A DNA stretch of 64,000 nt, taken from contig CAZLKN010000005.1 of assembly GCA_964560135.1 (NCBI GenBank), positions 18,731 to 82,730 of the forward strand. The letters are read 5' to 3'. The position numbers and the translations under genes were made by a program. The notes under the pieces were generated by a model. It ran no database searches. It was given only the letters and a program-made list of their open reading frames with translations, and was not told where the DNA came from. The stretch comes from an uncultured Actinomycetes bacterium. Lineage in GTDB: Bacteria; Actinomycetota; JAICYB01. This document shows positions 56,274-64,000 of the stretch, one piece after another (positions within the stretch are counted from its first letter, which is position 1; the number at the start of each line of letters is the position of its first letter).

Positions 56274-57380
56274 TCAGGGCCTGGCGGCCCCCGCGTAGTC
56301 GCTCCTGTGGATCGACCGGCGCCTCACCTGCTCGCCGCTCTGTGGCGCCTCGATCATGATCCCGTCGCCCTCGTAGAGCCCGACGTGATGGATCGGGTTG
56401 CCGAAGAAGAGCAGATCGCCGGGTTGGATCTGGTCGCGTGGCACCTTGGGCAGCCCCGCGTACTGCTGTCGCGACGAGCGCGGGATGCTCACGCCGGCCT
56501 GGGCCCACGCCCACTGGGTCAGACCCGAGCAGTCGTAGCAGTCCGGCCCGGTACCTCCCCAACAGTACGGAGTGCCCATCTGTGACCGTGCGGCCTCGAT
56601 CGCCTTGGCGGCCTGGGGACGCGGCGCGTGAACGGGTGGAAGGTTCTCGGCGGGCTTCGCGGCGGGTGCGGCCTCCGCGGCCCGCGGAGGCTGCTGGGCA
56701 CGCCTAGCCTCCTCGGCCGCGCGCCTCCTGGCCTCCTCGGCCGCCCGGCGGCGTGCCTCCTCCAGTTCCCGACGCCGCTGTTCCTCGAGGATCTGGGCGA
56801 TGTCTCCCTCCACCTGGCCGAGGAGCGTCCGCTGGGTGCGGAGTTCGCGCTCGACGCTGACACGGAAATCCGCCAGCTGCTGTTCCTTCTGGATGGCCGC
56901 CTCCCGCAGATCGTCCACCTGGGTGGCCACGACCATCATCTCGTGGCGGGCTTTGTCGGTTTCGAAGATCAGATCGTTGTCGGCCATCATGACCGAGCCG
57001 GCCAGGACGCGGCCACGGGCCAGCTCGCCGAGACTCCGGGCGGACAGAAGCTGCTCGGCCCAGAACCCGGGACGCTTGTACAGATTGCGGACGCGCTGGC
57101 CGAGCAGGGCCTTGAGCTCGGTCCACCGGTCCTCCGCCGCCTGCAGATCGGACCGCACCTCGTCGAGCTTGGCTTCCAGCCTGCGCCGCTCGTCGGAGGC
57201 GTAGTTGTAGTCCTCCTGGGCCATCGACAGGCGCTCGCCCTGGCTCTCGATCTGGGCCTCCAGGCGGGCCGCCTCGCTCCGCTTCGCGTCGAGGTCGCCG
57301 CTCTGGCCGAAGGCCGGCGCGGTCGTACCGAGGCACAGGGCAAGGAGAATCGCTATGGGAGTGGTCTTGTGGCGCTTCAT
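56274..57380 (-). CDS. NlpC/P60 family peptidoglycan endopeptidase with N-terminal coiled-coil (RipA-like)
   Basis: Signal peptide; long coiled-coil with EEARRRAA repeats; C-terminal NlpC/P60 catalytic Cys (DCSGL) and His residues. Confidence 0.8.
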   Translation of the reverse strand: MKRHKTTPIAILLALCLGTTAPAFGQSGDLDAKRSEAARLEAQIESQGERLSMAQEDYNYASDERRRLEAKLDEVRSDLQAAEDRWTELKALLGQRVRNLYKRPGFWAEQLLSARSLGELARGRVLAGSVMMADNDLIFETDKARHEMMVVATQVDDLREAAIQKEQQLADFRVSVERELRTQRTLLGQVEGDIAQILEEQRRRELEEARRRAAEEARRRAAEEARRAQQPPRAAEAAPAAKPAENLPPVHAPRPQAAKAIEAARSQMGTPYCWGGTGPDCYDCSGLTQWAWAQAGVSIPRSSRQQYAGLPKVPRDQIQPGDLLFFGNPIHHVGLYEGDGIMIEAPQSGEQVRRRSIHRSDYAGAARP

Positions 57381-57570
57381 CGTGCCCTTCAGATCGAAGC
57401 CAGGTCCACGATCCGGTGGGACCCGAGGCGGTGGAGCCCCTCCTTTGGTAGCCGACGACCGGGGGGCGGGTCAACCAACCATTCGTGCGCTTGTGAATCA
57501 CATCTGTGAAACCTTCACCCGTCCTTGCGGGTCTGTCACGGCACGCAACCAACGACAAGGAGGTGCACGG

Positions 57571-57903
57571 ATGTACGAGTTCGCGGTCCTGCTCCTGGCG
57601 GGTCTCGTGACCGCCAAGCTGGTGGATCTCGTCCGCCACGCGACGAAGGACGTCCCGAAGGCGGGGAGCCTCCTCATCGCCGCGGCGGTGGGCATCGGGC
57701 TGGCGTACCTGCTCGACTTCTCGATCTTCGCCGCGTGGGGTGTCGGGGTGCGCGCCGAGACCATCGGCGTGATCGTCACCGGCCTCGTGCTCGCCGGCGT
57801 CGCCGGTGTCTGGCACGAGGCCATCGAGCTGATGCGCGAACGGGCGCACCGCTACCACGGCGAAGCCACCGAGATCGAAGCGAGGCTGCGTTCGGCCGCC
57901 TGA
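57571..57903 (+). CDS. Small three-TM membrane protein with amphipathic C-terminus
   Basis: 110 aa; AAGGAGG RBS; unknown function. Confidence 0.5.
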   Translation: MYEFAVLLLAGLVTAKLVDLVRHATKDVPKAGSLLIAAAVGIGLAYLLDFSIFAAWGVGVRAETIGVIVTGLVLAGVAGVWHEAIELMRERAHRYHGEATEIEARLRSAA

Positions 57904-57999
57904 AACCAGGCACGAACCTCGGATCGCAGGGAGGCCAAGCGGCCTCCCTGCACCGCGTTCTGGCCCCCTGCCTTCCACCGGAGGGGGATACTGACATCG

Positions 58000-58251
58000 A
58001 TGGCGAACTGCCTCTACTGCGGCGTTCTGGCCACCGACCCCGGCAAGGGGCCTTCGCGTTGGGCGCGTGCCGTGGTCGCCGGCGAACAGGTTCTCGTGTG
58101 CCCCGACTGCCAACAGCGCAGGCCCGACTGGACCGAGGCCGCCGAAGCCTGCCCCGACTGTGGATCGAAGCGGTTGATGAAGGCGCTCGGGGACCGGGTC
58201 TGCCGGGCCTGCGGGCACCAGTGGAGTGACGACGAATTCGAACTCCCCTGA
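58000..58251 (+). CDS. Double zinc-ribbon small protein
   Basis: 83 aa with four CxxC pairs. Confidence 0.55.
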   Translation: MANCLYCGVLATDPGKGPSRWARAVVAGEQVLVCPDCQQRRPDWTEAAEACPDCGSKRLMKALGDRVCRACGHQWSDDEFELP

Positions 58252-58255
58252 AACC

Positions 58256-58287
58256 GCGGATGGCCCGGGGATCCCCGGGCCATCCGC
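58256..58287. terminator. Bidirectional stem-loop GCGGATGGCCCGGGG-AT-CCCCGGGCCATCCGC between convergent genes
   Basis: Perfect palindrome seen directly downstream of both the zinc-ribbon gene and groEL. Confidence 0.55.
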
Positions 58288-58309
58288 GAAACTTCTTCCT
58301 CTTGCTCGG

Positions 58310-60305
<1,996 letters not shown>

Positions 60306-60351
60306 GAGTTCATCCCTCCTTATAGGTTTGACCTGCGAAAACCGGTACTGG

Positions 60352-60378
60352 TTAGCACTCTAAAGAGCCGAGTGCCAA
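60352..60378. promoter_or_regulatory. CIRCE operator (HrcA binding site) TTAGCACTC-N9-GAGTGCCAA
   Basis: Seen directly about 45 nt upstream of the groES start; one mismatch to the consensus right arm. Confidence 0.8.
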
Positions 60379-60578
60379 GACGTCAACCCGGCGTACGGGA
60401 CCTGGGGATCGGCAGGGCGTGGGAGACATGGCCACAACGGCCGCGGCGCCCCCTGGGAGGGAGCGCCGCGGTGGAGGGGTGCGCCTGCATGTGGAGAATC
60501 GGCTCCTGGTGCGCGGGGATTAGGGTTCGGGGAGAGGATGTTCCGGACATCTCGGCGGGTATCGGCTGAAAGGACCGT

Positions 60579-61613
60579 CTAGACGGTGCCCGGAAGGGGC
60601 AGCGAGGGGTCCGCGGAGGCATCGAAGGGCGTGATCTCTCCCTGGGAGAGCCGGAAATGTCCGGCTGCCGCGATCATCGCCCCGTTGTCCACGCACAGCC
60701 GGCGCTCGGGAACCAGGAGCCGAATCCCCCGTTCGGTCGCCGCCTCACCGAGCCGCTCCCGCAGGCGCGTGTTCGCAGCGACGCCGCCTCCGAGAACGAT
60801 CGTGCGAAATGCGCCCTCTTCCGCCGCGCGGAGCGTCTTGGTCACCTGCACGTCGACGAGCGCCTCCTGGAAGGATGCGGCCACGTCGGCCTTCGACACC
60901 TTCTCCCCCGCCCGCTCCACCTTCTGCACGTGGCGCACGACGGCGGTCTTGAGCCCGGAGAAGCTGAAGTCGAGGCCCTGGCGCAGCATCGCCCGCGGGA
61001 ACCCGATCGCGGTGGCATCGCCGCGGCGGGCGAGCCGGTCGATCGCCGGGCCCCCGGGAAAGCCCAGGCCGAGGAAGCGTGCGATCTTGTCGAACGCCTC
61101 GCCGGCGGCGTCGTCCACGGTCCGGCCGAGGATCTCGTAGGCCCCCTGCTCCCGCACACCCAGCAGCGAGGTATGCCCACCCGAGACCACCAGGGCGACG
61201 TAGGGCGGCTCGAGCTCCGGGGACTCGAGCATCGCCGCGAAGACGTGACCGTCGAGGTGGTTGACGCCGGAGAAGGGCACGTCGAGAGCCGAGGCCATCG
61301 CCTTGCCGGTCGCGAACCCGGCGAGCAGTGCGCCGATCAGGCCCGGTCCCCGTGTGGCGGCCACGGCATCGATCTCCGCAAAGCGCACCCCGGCCTCACG
61401 CATCGCCTGGTCCACGACGTAGGGCATGCGCTCGACGTGCGCCCGCGCGGCGATCTCCGGCACGACACCCCCGTATGGCGAGTGCAGCGTGGTCTGCGAG
61501 GCGATCACGTTGGACAGGACGTGGACGCCGCCGCGCACGACCGCCACAGCGGTTTCGTCACAGGACGTCTCGATCCCGAGGACGAGGCTGTCGGGGCCGA
61601 CGAGGGCACTCAT
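60579..61613 (-). CDS. tsaD: tRNA N6-adenosine threonylcarbamoyltransferase TsaD
   Basis: 344 aa from MSALVGPDSLVLGIETSCDETAVA; the track ORF has a shadow N-extension. Confidence 0.9.
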   Translation of the reverse strand: MSALVGPDSLVLGIETSCDETAVAVVRGGVHVLSNVIASQTTLHSPYGGVVPEIAARAHVERMPYVVDQAMREAGVRFAEIDAVAATRGPGLIGALLAGFATGKAMASALDVPFSGVNHLDGHVFAAMLESPELEPPYVALVVSGGHTSLLGVREQGAYEILGRTVDDAAGEAFDKIARFLGLGFPGGPAIDRLARRGDATAIGFPRAMLRQGLDFSFSGLKTAVVRHVQKVERAGEKVSKADVAASFQEALVDVQVTKTLRAAEEGAFRTIVLGGGVAANTRLRERLGEAATERGIRLLVPERRLCVDNGAMIAAAGHFRLSQGEITPFDASADPSLPLPGTV

Positions 61614-62158
61614 CCGTCCGCCACCTCCTCGAGGCGTCGCAGCCGGGTACGGAGCTGCTCGAGCCTGCGGCCGTATTCCGCGCTCCAGACCCCGTCCGCC
61701 CACATGATGTAGGCATCCTCGCCCGTCTCGACGTAATAGCCGCGCCGGATCCCCACCGTCTGGAAGCCGAACGCCCGGTACATCGCCTGGGCTCCCATGT
61801 TGGCCCGCCGGACCTCCAACGTGACGGCGCGTGCTCCACGGGCGCGTGCCTCGTCCATCACGGTCAGCATCAGGCGGGTACCGACGTGCATGCGGTGGTG
61901 GTCGGGATCCACGGCGATGTTGGTGATGTGTCCCTCGTCGCCGAGGAGCATGATCCCCGCGTACCCCACCACCCGGCCGTGGAAGCGGGCCACGAAGTAC
62001 GCGCGGGAGCCGCGCTGCGCGAGCTCGGACAGGAACAGCCCCGCCGACCACGGCCGCGGATACACCCGTTGCTCGATCCGCAGGACCGAGGGGATGTGCC
62101 GCCGGCGCATCTGCCCGATCTGCACGTCGAGGAGGCGTGAAGAGCGCTCGGTGACCAT
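61610..62158 (-). CDS. rimI: Ribosomal-protein-alanine N-acetyltransferase RimI (GNAT)
   Basis: 182 aa GNAT fold motifs; ATGA overlaps with both neighbours. Confidence 0.75.
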   Translation of the reverse strand: MVTERSSRLLDVQIGQMRRRHIPSVLRIEQRVYPRPWSAGLFLSELAQRGSRAYFVARFHGRVVGYAGIMLLGDEGHITNIAVDPDHHRMHVGTRLMLTVMDEARARGARAVTLEVRRANMGAQAMYRAFGFQTVGIRRGYYVETGEDAYIMWADGVWSAEYGRRLEQLRTRLRRLEEVADG

Positions 62159-62859
62159 CACAATCTCCCCAGCCGCTCCCAGGTGATCTCCGCGTCGGAG
62201 CGCCGGATGTACAGAGGCCGGACGTCCACCAGCCGGTCCGACTCCTCGCGCATCAGGCGTTGGACGGCGAGTTCGGTGAGCGGTACGGCGGTCGGCGTCG
62301 AGTCGGCAACCCCGGCGATCTCGACGCGTTGCCCGAGGTCGTCGAAGATGGAGCGGTACAGGTGGGGGCCGTTGCCCACGGCGAGCACCTGCTCCCCGCG
62401 GGCCTCGATCTCGTTCACGCAGTGCTCCGCGGTGGCGCAGCGAAAGTCGGTGAGGCGCTGCACCCCTCCGGGGACAGGACGGTAGAAGGCCCAGAACACC
62501 TCGTTGCGCCGGGCGTCGATGCAGGCGCAGATCGTCCGGCGGGAATGGCGGACGCCGTACGCCAGCACGTCCAGCGAGGCCAGACCCACCATCGAGATCG
62601 ACAGCGTCTGGGCGAGCGCCTTCGCCGTGGCCACGCCGACCCGCAGCCCGGTGAAGAGGCCCGGTCCGAACCCCACCGCCACACCGGCGAGCCGTCGCCA
62701 CTCCAGGCCGGTGTCGTGAAGCAGCCGCTCGATGGCGGGGATGAGCACCTGGTCCTGGCTCAATCCCCGACCGATCTGGTAGGCGCCCACGACCTCGGTC
62801 GCCGTGCCGATCGCCACGGAGGCGTGCTGGGTGGAGGTCTCGATGCCGAGGACGAGCAT
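62158..62859 (-). CDS. tsaB: tRNA threonylcarbamoyladenosine biosynthesis protein TsaB
   Basis: [18 protein letters not shown]-terminus, inactive Kae1/YeaZ fold. Confidence 0.85.
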   Translation of the reverse strand: MLVLGIETSTQHASVAIGTATEVVGAYQIGRGLSQDQVLIPAIERLLHDTGLEWRRLAGVAVGFGPGLFTGLRVGVATAKALAQTLSISMVGLASLDVLAYGVRHSRRTICACIDARRNEVFWAFYRPVPGGVQRLTDFRCATAEHCVNEIEARGEQVLAVGNGPHLYRSIFDDLGQRVEIAGVADSTPTAVPLTELAVQRLMREESDRLVDVRPLYIRRSDAEITWERLGRL

Positions 62860-63362
62860 CAGCCCTCACCCACTCCCCAGTCACGGACGGAGTCGCTCAG
62901 CTCACGCATCCGCTCACGCCACCGCCCGAAGGGGCTCAATGAGATCGTCCGGGCATCGTCGTCGTCGTCGTGCCAGGCGAACTCCAACTCCAGGTAGTCG
63001 TCGGCCACGACGGGGAACGCCTTCTCGCCCCACTCGATCGCCGCCACCCGCGGGGGGCCGAGCATCTCCTGGAGGCCCAGTTCGAGCACCTCGTGGGGGC
63101 CCGAGCACCGGAAGAGATCCACGTGCAGGAGCGGGTACCGGCCCCCCTCGTACTCGTGGACGAGCACGTATGAGGGTGACGACGGCTGACCGGGCACCTC
63201 CAGGCCGCGCGCAAAGCCCCGGACGAAGGTGGTCTTGCCCGTGCCGAGGTCGCCGGTGAGCAGGAGGACCTCGCCGGGCAGCACGAGCTTCCCGACCTTC
63301 TCGCCCAGGGCCTCCGTCTCGTCCGCCGAGCGCGTTCGGACGGCCAGGAACGGCACACGCAT
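62859..63362 (-). CDS. tsaE: tRNA threonylcarbamoyladenosine biosynthesis ATPase TsaE
   Basis: Walker [10 protein letters not shown]; 167 aa. Confidence 0.85.
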   Translation of the reverse strand: MRVPFLAVRTRSADETEALGEKVGKLVLPGEVLLLTGDLGTGKTTFVRGFARGLEVPGQPSSPSYVLVHEYEGGRYPLLHVDLFRCSGPHEVLELGLQEMLGPPRVAAIEWGEKAFPVVADDYLELEFAWHDDDDDARTISLSPFGRWRERMRELSDSVRDWGVGEG

Positions 63363-63407
63363 GCGCCCAGCCTACGTCCTGCGCGTCCGGAGCGGCTACA
63401 CCCGGCG

Positions 63408-63998
63408 TCAGAAGAGCCCAAGCTGCTGCCCCGGGTCCGGATCGGCGGCGGGCTCGTCGCCGGCGTCCCGGAGCTCCTGCAGAGCTCGGGCGATCTCCTC
63501 GAAGTCCTCCTCGATCCCCCGGGCAGCATTCCCCCCGCGCAGGGCGGCGGCGGGATGGAAGGTCGGGATCAGCGTGAGGTCCCGGAAGGGGAAGCGCCTT
63601 CCCCGGAGCTTCGTGATCCCGGTCTGGGTGTCGAGCAGGAGCCTGCTCGCGAAGTTTCCCAGGGTCACGACCAGCCGGGGCCTGACCAGCTCGAGTTGCC
63701 GCTCCAGGAATGGCCTGCACGCCTCGATCTCCTCTGGAAGCGGGTCACGGTTGCCGGGGGGCCGGCACTTGAGGACGTTCATCACCCACACCTTGGACGG
63801 GCTGATCCCGAGCTTCGCGGTGGTCAGCTTGTCGAGGAGTTGCCCCGCGGCGCCGACGAACGGACGGCCCTGCTGGTCTTCGTGGAAGCCCGGGGCCTCC
63901 CCGATGAAGGCGACCTCCGCCTCAGGGTCGCCGCGCGCGAACACCGCCTGGGTACGGATCCCGCCCAGGGGGCAGCGCCGGCAGGCCTCCGCTTCCAC
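63408..63998 (-). CDS. Uracil-DNA glycosylase family 4
   Basis: GEAPG and HPAAALR motifs, N-terminal Fe-S cysteines; 5' end may be cut by the window edge. Confidence 0.8.
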   Translation of the reverse strand: MEAEACRRCPLGGIRTQAVFARGDPEAEVAFIGEAPGFHEDQQGRPFVGAAGQLLDKLTTAKLGISPSKVWVMNVLKCRPPGNRDPLPEEIEACRPFLERQLELVRPRLVVTLGNFASRLLLDTQTGITKLRGRRFPFRDLTLIPTFHPAAALRGGNAARGIEEDFEEIARALQELRDAGDEPAADPDPGQQLGLF

Positions 63999-64000
63999 CG

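Noticed and set aside
57381-57570. Possible c-di-AMP (ydaO-type) riboswitch upstream of the NlpC/P60 gene
   Set aside because: I could not recognise the conserved ydaO sequence blocks by eye. Only generic palindromes were seen. Kept as a low-interest leader observation rather than a feature call.
61614-62051. N-terminal 146 aa of the 490-aa tsaD track ORF and the analogous extension of the rimI track ORF (62159..62884)
   Set aside because: Arg/Gly-rich extensions overlapping rimI and tsaB respectively. The canonical N-termini (MSALVG..., MVTERSS...) begin at ATGA overlaps.

Overview
High-GC (about 70%) actinobacterial-type chromosomal segment, densely packed with about 68 protein-coding genes. 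I found no rRNA, tRNA, CRISPR array, transposase or integrase. All genes were called from the six-frame track plus codon-frame inspection; family names come from motif recognition by memory, not database searches. Many long antisense ORFs in the track are GC-driven shadow ORFs and were rejected. Recognisable content: a ZnuABC-like metal ABC transporter behind a Zur-box-like palindrome; a lipid-related pair (GDPD, HAD-IB/PlsC fusion); CoA transferase, M42 peptidase, methyltransferase, acyl-CoA synthetase, a bacterial PH-domain pair (YdbS/YdbT-like) and a beta-carbonic anhydrase; a Macro-domain protein start-stop coupled to multifunctional 2-oxoglutarate decarboxylase Kgd; a TPP riboswitch directly upstream of thiG-thiH with no thiS; MoaA; hydantoinase A/B with PlsY overlapping their start; a 26-aa bL37-like ribosomal protein gene; two paralogous Liv-type (branched-chain amino acid) ABC transporter operons with unusual permease-ATPase fusions, separated by two large exported proteins of unknown function; and the mycobacterial-type synteny tsaE-tsaB-rimI-tsaD-groES-groEL1 with a CIRCE operator. 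The least explained part is a tight co-directional block of four uncharacterised genes at 53711..55606 (a 74-aa protein ending in Gly-Gly, a C-terminal two-TM protein, and two paralogous two-TM/coiled-coil proteins, one with an Ada-like Cys/His tail). It sits behind a divergent promoter region carrying four GTGCCAC repeats and a long palindrome. The 988-aa exported, C-terminally anchored protein between the two Liv operons is also unexplained.
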